DNA of 61,206 nucleotides, filler included, from Vannella sp. (taxonomy: Eukaryota): NCBI GenBank assembly GCA_023345925.1. It is 6 parts of 6 records of this genome, joined end to end, with 100 filler letters (N's around TTAATTAATTAA, not from the genome) between each part and the next. Parts side by side here need not be neighbours in the genome. Positions count along the whole stretch, not along the records: positions 9,941 to 17,463 come from JAJQQN010001311.1; positions 17,564 to 29,738 come from JAJQQN010000138.1; 4 more parts are not named here. One strand, written 5' to 3'. The position numbers and the translations under genes are program-made. The first letter of the stretch is position 1. Each line of letters begins with the position of its first letter. Positions 10,301 to 21,880 of the stretch are shown piece after piece. Below the pieces are notes generated by a model that saw nothing but the letters and a program-made list of their open reading frames with translations, was not told the DNA's origin and did no database searches.

Positions 10301-11717
10301 GATTGATGAAGAAGGGGTCCCAGAAAAAGAGGATGTTACGGACTGTGTTGGGGTCAGGGAAGGGCGTGGCAAGCAGTGGTATTGGAAATCATCAACAGCA
10401 ATAAATTCAGTGGAGGCAGTCACTCCAATTTTAAACCGGAACTCAGATGAAGAGCAAACTGCCGAGTAGTTGAGATTCACTTTCCAACAGAACTCGTAGA
10501 AGGTACTCGGATTGATCACATCAAAGGTTTGGCTACCATGAACAGCTCTAAATAGAACTGGAGAAGTATAAGGACCTGTTCCTCTGAAAGTGATTAAAGA
10601 GAAACAGAGTGTCCCGCAGCATGCTTCAACAAGGAGACCGTCACTGCGAGCAGTTGTTTCCTCCCCCTCAAGTTGTTTGTTCACAGCAACACGGATACGC
10701 AACTCGATATCCTCGTCAAGCTGACAATTGGAAAGATCTTCGGTCCAGATTGCAGTGGAGGCAACGCTTCCAGGACCAAACGGTACCAAAGTGTTCCTAG
10801 ACTTTCCATCTCCACATAGGCGCCCTAAGGGAGAAGGAGCGCTCCGAAAGCCACTGAAAAGCGGAAAGTTAATCTCCACACAGACCAACCGAAAGGTCAA
10901 TACTCACTTGCAGAGCCCACACGAAGTAGTCCCTTGGAGCTCCTGACACCTTTTCCCTGAGAAGTCGTTGGTTAGACTCAAGGAGCCAAATGGGGCGCGG
11001 GAGAAGCCTGTCGAGGGCCCTGTGCAAACACCCGCCTGGGGAGGAAGAGGTCCACATTGAAGGGAGATCGGCTGGATTCCCAGTCGATTGCTCGTAGAGA
11101 CAAGAGTACTGCTAAATCGAAAAGCAAGAGGGGATGGGCAACTCCTGAGAGCCACAGAGGGACTCAAGGAGGAGCAAAAGGTCAAGGGTGTGTTGAAAAC
11201 AACCGCTGCTGTTCCTGGGGAGACTTCTTGGAACGCATTAGCGAAACTACTTACCCCAGAGAAGCGATAGAAGTCTTCACAAGGGATGAGTGATCCAGGG
11301 CAGCAGAGAGACAAGAAGAACGAGCTCCCGCTGTACGTCTGCCCTAGCGATGGAGACGCCGCTGCCAAGGTAGTCTGAACGTTGATCACAGAGTTCACTC
11401 CGTAGTCACAATCCAGGACGATCCACTCCAGCTCTGGCGAAAGGCCGCTGCCTCCTTGGTTGTAGCAAAGGTTGGGAGAAAGCCCCATCGAACTGCTCCT
11501 TGTAAGTACAGTGGGGTCTCCTGTCTAAGGTTGCTTACGTGCACGCACTGCAGAATCCAGTACCTGAATTAGGACAATCAGAAGCTGCAGGAGACCCAAG
11601 CAGATAGATGTTGTCCGCATTCAGGTTCAGAATGGGAGAGTTGAAGCTGCACACGGGCCCTGTACTCGTCAATTCGACTCCAATGAACAGCAGGAGCAGC
11701 AGCCACAAAGGGGACAT
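9941..11717 (-). CDS. Secreted or surface Cys-rich protein with Ser/Thr repeat stalk, 3'-partial; 3 exons
   Basis: Signal peptide MSPLWLLLLLFIGVELT. Introns 11499-11538 and 10854-10907 join ORFs 11535..11804, 10904..11488 and 9965..10900. It runs into (SSSVTP)n at the contig break. Confidence 0.75.
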
Positions 11718-12056
11718 GGTAAGGGAGTGGTACAGCACCGAACCCACAAGCAAAAGGCAAAAATAGCCACGTTCTGGGAAGGATCGCGATCCTTCTTTGT
11801 ACACTTCTTGAATAACATCTGATCGTGAGTTTTTGACACTTTTTTTCTGGATCGATGATACATCGTAGATATTAATAGTTTTGTTTGTGGTGTCCCGAGA
11901 GATTCATTTACAAAAACCCCAAAAAGGCTCCCCAGGAAAAGTGCGATAAATCGGGATTATGTCTGATAAGAATGATTTCCTTTGCCTTTCCATTTTACTT
12001 CAACGAAGTCTTCAAGGAGAGGGAATTGGCGCATTTGGATTTGGTTGCCCTCGCCA

Positions 12057-13831
12057 TGGCGTCGGAAGAGGTCGACGAGGAAATTATTGTTGAAGAGTAC
12101 GAGGACGGAGATGAGGAAGATGATGAAATGGAATGGGTTCTGGGAGAGGACGGTAACTGGTATTGCACTGTGGAGGAGTACGATGAGATCGAGGAGGAGA
12201 TAGTGGAGGTGCCTGTCCCGGTTCCTGTCGCTGCACCCAAGCCGATACCAGTGCCCAAACACGTACAGCAAGAGGTCTCCCAAAAGAATGTTCCCACTCG
12301 TGCCCGTTCTGGATCCTACGCGCTCTCCACAGGTGACCAATATGACGATCCCAGCGAGACCCTCGCAGACCTTCGCCTTCGACGCCGAAGCATGAGCCGA
12401 GTTAGTACCTCAACCATCTCGCTTAAATCCGCTGCTGGAATGGGCATGGGAGACTTCAAACCCACTGTTTCAGTCGAGCCCCCCGCCCGACCTCCCGTGC
12501 AGTTGTACTACTCCTCTGCACCATGTTCCCCTGCGACTCCCTCTCCCATTGAAGCAGCAAAGACTCAAAGCCAACCATCATCCCCTTCCGTAAGTCCCGG
12601 AAGTGAACGAAGGAAAGAGTCCAAAGGAAGCCTATTAGCCATGCGTAGGAGCGGAAGCGAGACTTCCAGCGCTCTAAAGGCTGCACTACGTGGAGCTGAT
12701 ACCAAAGGAAGTCCTCTTAGTCGCTTACGCACTGCAAAGCCTTCTGGTGGGTCTTCAAAGTCTTCCAAAGGGCCTACAAAGTTCTTTGGAGAGAGCCTGG
12801 ATGTGCTTCAAGCGCACGAAGCAAAGCATAAGAAGAGAGCTCTACCGAACCAACCACCATACGTGCCTCAAGCGATCTTCTTCATTGTAGAACACATCCG
12901 CTCAAACGGTTTGACCACTCCCGGCCTCTTCCGTGAATGCGGAAGACACGCTGATCAACAAGAGAAGGAGGCTGCTATAGAAGCAGGAGTACCTCTCGAA
13001 GAGCTTGGTCTGGTAAGTGGAAGGAGAAGACCCGAGATGGAGCGGCTTCAGCTAACACTAGCGGGATAGGCGGCCCTCAAGATCCACACAGTCTCAGACA
13101 TCCTCAAGAGCTGGTTCCGACAGCTTCCAGAGCCTATTGTTCCCCGTGTGCCCTTCTGCTCGCTGCTAATGCAGGCTGCGGGAGTGCCGGAAGAGAAGAA
13201 TCGGACGGAGGCGTTCAATGTGATCATGAAGTCACTTCCTAGTGAGAGATATGGCTTCATGGCATACATATGCAAGTTCATGGCTGACATAGTGGCCCAC
13301 GCGGATGTCAATCTCATGCACAGCACCAACGTGGCGAAGATCTTCTCCTCCCTCTTGCTGGGAAGCATTGAGAAGGATACAAAGGCAGTGAAGATAGCCA
13401 TGGATCCAATGGTTCTCTTGCAAGAGTCCAACGAGATCACCTCCATCACCAAGACCCTCATTGAGCTTGTCTCAACCATTTTCAGTGGGCTAGCGAGAGC
13501 CCCTAAGATCTTTAAGGCTGTAGATCCATGGAACTCGCCTTCTTATGAGTATATCTCACTCCTTCGAGGGGACATCATCATCATACTGCAGGAGAAGACG
13601 AACAGCTCTCTTGTAATGGTCAACCATCGCGTCTCTGAGCTTCCCAAGTACGCTCTGAAGGAGTTAAAGTCTATCAAACTTGTCCATCTCAAGGTCAAAG
13701 AGATCAGCGTCATCCTCCAAGAGAACATGAAGGCGCGATCACTCGCTGGGACTGTCCGAGCAGGACAAACAGAGATTCCAAGAAGTAGATCGATCACACA
13801 AAGCCTTGACTCCACTCCTATCCTCCAGTAA
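12057..13831 (+). CDS. RhoGAP with acidic/Pro-rich N-terminus and degenerate C-terminal SH3-like domain; 2 exons
   Basis: FFGESL..VP..GLTTPGLFRECG (Arg finger), VSDILKSWFRQLPEPIVP, NLMHSTNVAKIF, then FKAVDPWNSPSYEYISLLRGDIIIILQE (SH3-like). Intron at about 13013-13069. Confidence 0.85.
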
Positions 13832-14005
13832 TGAACCCTGCGCGTATACCGAGTCTCACTCGGCTGTATTGTACCTCAACCTTTCTCTTGACCGCCATAA
13901 ACACCGCTCACGACTTCGTCCCTTCAAGAGAGGCGCTTTTGAAGGTTCTGCCGTCTATTACTAACCTTGTTGATGGGAACATCAAAGTTTCATTCACTCT
14001 TGGCC

Positions 14006-16247
14006 ATGGAGCAGGTGTGTGGTTGACGGGCGGGTGGATTTGGACTCATGCGGGGGCTACAGGAGGGCGTAGAAGAAGAACAAGAGGTGAAGGAGCCTTC
14101 AGTGAATGAAGAGGATGCTGATTCAGGATCTCTGGGTCACTCTGGGCCTTCCACGATGGATCGGCCTGGTCCTCGAAAGAAGAAAGTGAAGAAGTCCCGC
14201 TTCGCTTCCTTACGTGGTGGCCAAGTGAAGCGAGAGATCGTCAGTGCTATGTCGTCTTTCAATCCCAAAGCTCGCGATGAAGTTGTACAAGACGAGGACG
14301 AGGTCGAACAAGAATCAACCGAAGTTGGGGGGAGCAAGAAAGGGGCTATGCCTTCGCGGTTGACCGCACATGTACGCCGCATGGTGAACGACCATGCCGA
14401 GAAACGGACAGCCAATGCTCCTGGACGAACACGGGCTTTCTCTACTGTCTCTGACGCACAAGAGCTCCCTGACATCCCCGACGGGCTCTCTGCCTTCCCA
14501 GGCATCGCCCTTCACTCTGTTTCTGATGAGAGAGAACCGACAAGTAAGGATGGCCGCGGTATAGCGCTGGTAGCTTCCTCCTCGGTGCCATCCAAGAAGG
14601 TTGTCGAGAACCTTCAAAAGCAGTCCATCAAACAGCTCCGAGAGACTCTGGATCTCCCTGGACTGGTGCGCAGGTCACGTAGGAAGTACAAAAACCTCAG
14701 TAGCTTCTCTTCGAACCTCAGTGACACCCACGTTTCCACTCTCGACGGCGCAAAACTCGCCACTTTGCTCTCCCCAACCAAGCAGAACCTTCTCTTGGAG
14801 TTCTCTTCTCCCCATCGCAAGCTCACAAGCTGTGAGTTCCTCAAAGAGTTCCCGGACAACGTCAAAGAGTATGTTTCTCGAATGCATTTATTCCATTTCC
14901 TGACGTCGCTTAGAATTGACTTTCGGGATAACCTGCTGACTGAGTTTCCTCCCCTTTCTCACTTGGCTGGTCTCCGGCGCGTACTTTTGAGGGGTAATGA
15001 GATTGAAACGTTTTCTTTGGACGGATGTGTTGGTCTGATGCTTCTCTCTTTGGAGAGTAATAAGCTGACGGCGATCCCTCCTTTGGAGCCTCACGAGGCC
15101 TTGGTCCATCTTGACCTCCGTGGGAATCGATTGGAGAGCGGATTTGAACAAATAGAGAAGCTGCCTAACCTTGAGTTGTTGGATGTAAGCCGTTGTATGC
15201 TCCAAATGAGCAAGGAAGACTTCATTTCGAAGCTTTTGGGACCGCTGCAGCGTCTTCAGAAGCTGGTCTACCTCACTATTGGAGACAATCCAGTCATTAC
15301 TCAGTTCCCAGAGTTAAAGTACATCCTCATTGATGCCCTTCCCACTCTTCAGTACTTTGACTACGAACTTATTACACCAGAACTCAGGCAGCAAGCACTT
15401 TTGGTTCGCATCAATGGCATGGAGGTTCTCAAGCAATCCTATCATGCAAATAAGGAGGAATCTCGTCTCATCGCAGAGGTGCGTTCGAAAGAACGCACTC
15501 TGGGAGCCAACAAGTTGCTGGGGCCTTCTGATGCCACACGGAAGCTCCCTCGAACTGTACTTTCAAAGATCTTTACCTTCCTTGGGGATCAAGACGTTGC
15601 TCAATGCACATTGGTTTGTTCGAGATGGAATTGTCCTGCAAGAGAAATCTACAAAACGCGCTCTTCACAGATTCTAAGGATGTACAGTGTAGTTGTGGGC
15701 CGAATACTCCCCGTTCCACTCCTTGAGCAAATCAAACAACAAGATGCATTGGCGTCTCTGCTTCACCAAATAGTTCCTATCACCCAATTGGATGAGGTAT
15801 GGCTTATTTAGCAAAGAATCATGGGCCTGTCGCTCTGACACCTTACAGGAAATGCTTCAACGAGAGAAAGTTGCTATTTTTATCGTCAACAAAGGCCACC
15901 CTGTCCGAGACTTTTGGAGCAATCTCTACGACCAACTGACTTTCCGACATTGTGAGCACTCTGCAACAAAATCAGAGGCTCCTTTTGAGCAATTACGATA
16001 TGGAGTAAGTACAACGAGGTCATTAAAGAGGAAGAATACTGATTGGCTCCAGATCTATGAGACAGAGGAAGACACTTTGGCCACTGGGTTGGACACAATC
16101 TTGCAGATTGCTGGCGCCACTCGCTTATGCTCTACTGGCTCATTGGCTTATCAACCTTTTGGAGAATGGATTGCCCTACTCAATTCCAGTCTCTCTTCTC
16201 ACTTCAAACTTGTCTTGGAGCCTTCCTCTCACAGCATCCTCCGATAA
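14006..16247 (+). CDS. Leucine-rich-repeat protein with C-terminal F-box-like motif; 3 exons
   Basis: Micro-exon ATG GAG CAG at 14006-14014, then introns 14015-14062 and 15797-15849. About 6 LRRs (IDFRDNLLTEFP, LLRGNEI, LSLESNKLTAIP, LDLRGNRL), an LRR-cap-like YILIDALPTLQYFD, and F-box-like LPRTVLSKIFTFLGDQDVAQCTLVCSRW. Confidence 0.8.
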
Positions 16248-16307
16248 ACCTGTCAGGAAGGACAACACGGAGTCTCAATTCATGCGAAAGAAAAGGCATC
16301 AACTGAT

Positions 16308-17463
16308 TTAGAACTGAAGACCCCCAAGAAGTTCTTCAGCAAGCAGTTGCTGTTCCCATGACTGCCGAATGGTTCTTCTTGCATTTCGGAGGATCGACTT
16401 TTGAGACTTACGGAGCAGATAGATGTTGCGTTCGTTTTCAGACAGGTTCTTATCTCTCAGCTTCATAAGGTCGAAGGCTAGCGTACTACCAATCTCCTCA
16501 TAGGCCTGGGACAGAATCATCAGAGCTGTGTGGACCGCCATCCGCTCGTTTTGGAACGAAATGGCGTGTCCTCTTTCCAGCTGAGCAATAGAATCAGGGT
16601 CTTCAAGTTCCTCAAGAGAGAGATAGGCTCTGCGCAAAGTTTTCAAGAACGCATCCGGAAGAGCGTTTGGTAGGATCTTGAACTTTCCACTCAGCGGCCC
16701 TCTAGAGAGATTGTCAGCCAACTTAAAGGAAGCGGAAGATGAAACGTACGCTCCAGAGGCCTGGTTGAGGCTGACACTGATTTCATGATAATCGTCAGGA
16801 TTGTCTTCGATCACAAACCCGTAAACTGTGAGCAGTTCCAGGTTAGACTTGGCACCGTAAGAGTAGTACACTTGTTCTCCAGGCAGAGACTCTTCACTCG
16901 CTCGGATTACAAAGTCAGATGCCTCATTTAAGTAGCCAGGTGATCCCCCTGGCTGGTGATTCAACATATCAACGAAAGGCACCAAGACCAGGTCCCATTC
17001 GCCATCCACTTGCAGCAACCAGCAGCGAGTCTGGAGGATCAAATGGAACCAGCAGAAGTCTTCAAAGGTAAATGAAGGAAAGTGGCCGGGAAAGTGTTGA
17101 ACAAGAGTTGCCAAGAAGTGTTTGTGAAGGGCAGCTAAACTCTCTCGCTTCTCGAGCATAAGTACATCCACTCCAGTCCCTCTACTGAGGTCTAGTAGTG
17201 TAGTATCCCACATGAGAGGGTGATTGGAGTAGTCTCGTGGCAGGATATCGAAGTAGGGCTTCAGAGGAGAATCCTCTTTTCTCAGTTCCAGCATCAGATG
17301 GACATGAAGGGGACCATTGATTTCGTTTCTGCCCCATTTCTGTTGAAGGTTAGCGCTTTTCAGGAGCGAGGAGAGCACGAGTCACCTTGTAATCCTTCAG
17401 GAAAGTCTCCGACTTGACCTTGTTGCTTCGGAGGAGAGCTTTTAGAGGGACACTCAGCACTAT
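16308..17463 (-). CDS. SET-domain protein lysine/histidine methyltransferase (SETD3/Rubisco-LSMT family), 5'-partial
   Basis: SPLKPYFDILP, LVPFVDMLNH, GEQVYYSYGAKSNLELLTVYGF, and an LSMT substrate-binding-like C-terminus. Intron at about 17340-17385. Confidence 0.9.
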
Positions 17464-17563
17464 NNNNNNNNNNNNNNNNNNNNNNNNNNNNNNNNNNNNN
17501 NNNNNNNTTAATTAATTAANNNNNNNNNNNNNNNNNNNNNNNNNNNNNNNNNNNNNNNNNNNN
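17464..17563. other. Artificial contig spacer
   Basis: N44-TTAATTAATTAA-N44. Confidence 0.98.
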
Positions 17564-18873
17564 CCTGGATATTTGTGCAAATAAAACCACTCCCAATTTC
17601 AACGAATCTTGCAAGGTGTTTCTCTCTAACATTATTGAGGCGAGATACAATTGATGAGAGACCTTCTTAACTTGAGGAGAAGAAAACAAGAGTAGAAGAT
17701 CTCCTTTCCAATTACTCCCATTTCGCATTTGTTATGGGAAGCTTAGGCATAGTTAATTTTAGGATAACTTATGTTTGAGAGGATTCCTGAAGGAAATCAT
17801 CACCAAAGTAAAATGTGGGACACAGGATGGATCTGGCAACAAATTTTGCATTCTCAGAGAAACACTTCCAATTCAGTAGTTAAATGTCAAGGATCTGTCC
17901 CAATACTCAAAATAATTTGAAGCATATTGTCATATTTATTGTCATATCGAAACTTACTCTTTGAATCGGATAGGAGCTTTTTGAGAAAACAACTAGCTGA
18001 AACTAAGAGCGAGCTTCGCATCACTCGCTCTAAGCGAATGAATTATGATCCATAATTTAATCCTAAGATAATTAAGGAGAGACAATAACTTAGAGCGTTA
18101 CAGCCTCGTAAAAAGCATGTTTATCAATTCTGACGGGGTTCTTATGTTTTCTTGGTATGGATCGATCAACAGTTCCATCCCTTGTCAAATGTTAATAGAA
18201 AATGTTGAATAAACATAAAAGCATGCTGTAGACGCTTCGAACTCCTGATTCGCAAATGATTTACGGGATTCTAGCGTAATTGAGGGATATTGGATAGACT
18301 GGGTGTTCTGGATTAAAGTTCTCAACAGATTTATTATCACTATATACTAGACCACCAGATGATACCAATTACACTTTCTTTACACCAGTTGGATTTATAG
18401 TATGAGAGAATCGAAATTGCAAAGACAACTTTTGCCTGGGTTCCGGATGATGGTGTTTGCGCTGATAATACCATTCAATTAGCGAATGAATGAGCGGCAA
18501 ACAGGCCATCTCTGACGTCTATCTGATCGAGGAGCTTCGGTAAGGAGCCTCCGAAAATTATTCGGGAAAACACTCGAATCTCCTTCATAAGACGTATGCT
18601 GCATATGAAACCACAAACCATCTATTAAGAACATCTTAGGCTACTATTTGATATCAAAAACAGCGACAATCTCTGCAAAAAACACCCCCTTCTCAGGTTT
18701 TCTTAGAAACTTCTCAGGTTTCCGTGGGCACGATGACAGCTCCATCCTCCCTAAACATCAAAGTGATCCAGATCCAACTCAATCTCACACTGGATTCGAA
18801 GGAATGACCGATTCTACCGAATGGAGGGCGTTTGATTGTGAACAGAACATTCTTTGTGGGGAGCCAGGGAGGG

Positions 18874-20184
18874 ATGAGCTTGTTGGTGGGAGAGTTTGGG
18901 AAAGGAAGGACTTTGTTGGTCCAGAACTTGTCTACAGCGGCCACTGCGGAACTTCTGTGTCAGTTCTTTGAGTTCCTGGGCCCACTCTCGAGGCTGAAAG
19001 TGTTCTTGTACGTTGGGGTTAGCCTGTGGCCTTCCTTGTTCGTGCTCATGTGCTTCCCAGATCACCTTCAGCCTCTGGGGAGTCCAAGAGGTTCTGTTTA
19101 GTGGAGTTCGAGGAAGAAGAACACGTCCCAGCTGCGCTCAACCTGAATGGCACTGAGATGGTTGGTGCTCGTCTTTCCATCGCGCTGGCCGCGCAGGAGA
19201 ACATCCCCAAGATTGATCAAAGTGCCCCAGTAGAGAATGGTGTCTCTCTCTCAGTCACCCTTGGAGAGATCGCTGCAACACAAGCTCTGGTTGATGCAGC
19301 CATCGCCCCTCCTGGCCTTCCCATCCCCGGCGCGCCGTCTCGCAACTGCGCTCCTCTGACTCCTCAACAGATAGATGAGATGGCTCGTACAGTGTATGTT
19401 GGCAACGTTGCTTCTAATGTAAGATGAACAGATCCTCGCTCGGGCACTCTTTGACGTTTGAATAGGCCACGCCTGAGGGCATTCAGACCCTATTCCAGAC
19501 CTGTGGACCTATCACCTACTGTAGACTAGCTGGTGATGGTTCACACCCTTCCCGCTACGCCTTTGTTGAGTTCGAAACGAAAGAATCCGCTGTCATGGCG
19601 ATGACCCTGAGTGGCCACCACTTCATCGACCGCCCTCTCAAGTGAGCGCTCTCCTTTCGCAGTTGTGCTTGTCTAACACCCGTTGCAGGGTCAACCGCTC
19701 GAAGAACCCAATCGTGAAGGCGCCTGGCATCACCGCAAGAGAGGAAGACCGCATCGTGAGGAGGCTTCGGAAGGCAGCGATTCGGATTGAAGAGGACATA
19801 GAAGACCTGGAGAGGGAAGAAGAATACAAAAGGAGGAAGGAACAGCGCAAGCGCAGCCCTGAACGCCGCTCTCGTTCTCGCAGCCGAGAACGGCGCCGAA
19901 GCCCAAGTAGAGAGCGAGACAGAGAACGAAGCCATCGGTCTCATAGAAGCCGCAGTGGACGTAGCCGATCCAGCAGAAGCCCAAGCCGGGAACGCGAAAA
20001 GGACCACAAACGAAGTTCTCATCGCAGTTCCCGGCGAGACCGTGATCGTGACCACAGCCGAGACCGTGACCGTGAACGCAGTGATCGCAAGTCTTCCCGC
20101 TCTTCTCACAAACGGCGACGCTCTTCCAGCGCCTCTCCGGACGAAAGAGGGTCGAAGAAGCAGCGATCCTCTGTGGAACGTTAA
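18874..20184 (+). CDS. SR-related splicing regulator with two RRMs and an RS/RD tail (SREK1/SRSF11-like); 4 exons
   Basis: RRM1 RTLLVQNLS...FCLVEFE. RRM2 RTVYVGNV...RYAFVEFE...RPLKVNRSKNPIVK. Long RS/RD-rich C-terminus. Three GT-AG introns of about 45-53 nt. Confidence 0.85.
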
Positions 20185-20218
20185 CGTAACGCAGGAAATA
20201 AGAGAATCCTTTCCAGGT

Positions 20219-21785
20219 TTACTCGTCAAGTGACTCAAAGACGATCTGCAAGAGGACAGGACCGGGATAGGTCGTATCTGTCACAAGAATCTCCTCTCCT
20301 GAGCTAATCCAGTCTTGCAGCGGTGTCAGCAGCTTCTCTTGGTCGCTCGTACGGTTAGCAAAGTAGATAGGAGCTCCACCATTGCGGCTGAAGGAGGGAT
20401 TGGCCAATTGACTGTGAAAGTGAGTTGGAAACGGAAAGAGAAAGGGAAAGAGAGGGAAAGGGAATACGCACAACTTTTCGTTATCTTTCAAGTGCTCCAC
20501 AAAGTCTCCCACTGTGGTGGATAGAGGTAGGGGCACGCGGAATGTGGTGGTGTGGCAGACAATACAGTCGTCATTGCGTTCGTGAGAAACTGTTAAAGAG
20601 TAGTTTCCCACAGTCCCATTGTTCATGAAGAAGTTATCCAAGTTATCAGCTACTTCAGTGACAAACTTGAACGCCTCGTTCGCTACCAAGGCAGAGATAA
20701 GGGCATTCGTAGAAGCGATGGCAGGAATAATGTTCTTCACGACTCCTTGGGTGAGCTTGAGCGTGACTCCAGTGATGTTAAACTCGTTTGCTCGCTTATC
20801 TGCCATCTGGAATAGCCATGACATGTGCTCTGGGTTGTCCGTGTCTATCTGTGGAGAAAACGAAAAATCAGTATTCCTGCAAGTCACTTGTTGAGACACT
20901 TGCCTTCGCAGTAGTCCCATCCCTATTCGTAAAGGGCTTCTCATTGGGCCATTGTATGATCTTTGCGAATGCAATGCAGTGTTCAGGGAGCCGCGGAGTG
21001 CTTTGGATGGTGCACATGGCGAACTTTTGCCGAGGCGGGAACAAGGGCAAAAGGCATTCAAAGCAGGGGCCAAACTTGGGTACGATCACTTTGACATGTC
21101 CTTTGAATCCTTCTGTGCCTCCATCTACCATTGGAATGACTGAACTGGAGACAATCTCCCCTCCAGGTCCCGTCTCAACCAGTTGAACCAGTTTCGCGTT
21201 GATCCAGCGCCTGGCAGAGACCGAATCCAGGCCGCATACTACAATAGAGAACTGGCGATAGAAGTCGTCGTCTTTTTCTTCTATCCTTGCCAAGTAGCTG
21301 CGTTCCCTGTCAGATATGGAGGCAAAGAGGGGTATTCTTCTCCTCCTTACGGTGTCACAGTCACTCCTACGACTCTCTCGTTCACAAACTGAGCTGCAAC
21401 AGTTGCTTTAGGACTCCCTATGTCCTTCTTTCTGCTCTCCAGTGAGAAGGAGATGAGAGGGAGCAAACAGAACCTTACCGGAAGAGGAACTGGCGATTGA
21501 GGTTGCTTAGATCGATAGTATCCATGTCAATCACGTGTATGTCTTTGAATCCCATCATCGCCAAGTCCTTCAGCAGCTCACAGCCCAGTCCCCCAGCACC
21601 AATGACAAGAATAGGGCGGGCCAGCTTTCGTTCTGCCTAAGATGGCGGTCAAGACTCGCACTAGACCCTCCTTCACTCCTTCATACCTCCACAACAGAGG
21701 GTACAAAGTCAGGGTTCCCCAATGCACTGCTCCTCCCACACAGAGCGTGCAAAGACGCCCATCGACCAGCCACTTCCACCTCCAT
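20219..21785 (-). CDS. UBA3: NEDD8-activating enzyme E1 catalytic subunit, multi-exon
   Basis: [57 protein letters not shown], active site [33 protein letters not shown]. Predicted start MEVEVAGRW at 21785. Confidence 0.93.
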
Positions 21786-21880
21786 CCAAACAAATGACCC
21801 AAACAGCCTCCTCCCACGCGCTACACCCTCAGAGAGTGCAAATAATGTATGTTACAAAGCCGCGAGCACGCTCAGATACC

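Noticed and set aside
9546..11717. Idea that the secreted protein at 9941-11717 continues into the fragment at 9546-9840
   Set aside because: They are separated by an artificial spacer, and the downstream fragment is a head-domain piece rather than the stalk or anchor expected next.
12057..16247. Single RhoGAP-SH3-LRR-F-box fusion gene
   Set aside because: The RhoGAP frame ends at TAA 13831, and the LRR gene has its own ATG micro-exon at 14006. Two genes is simpler.
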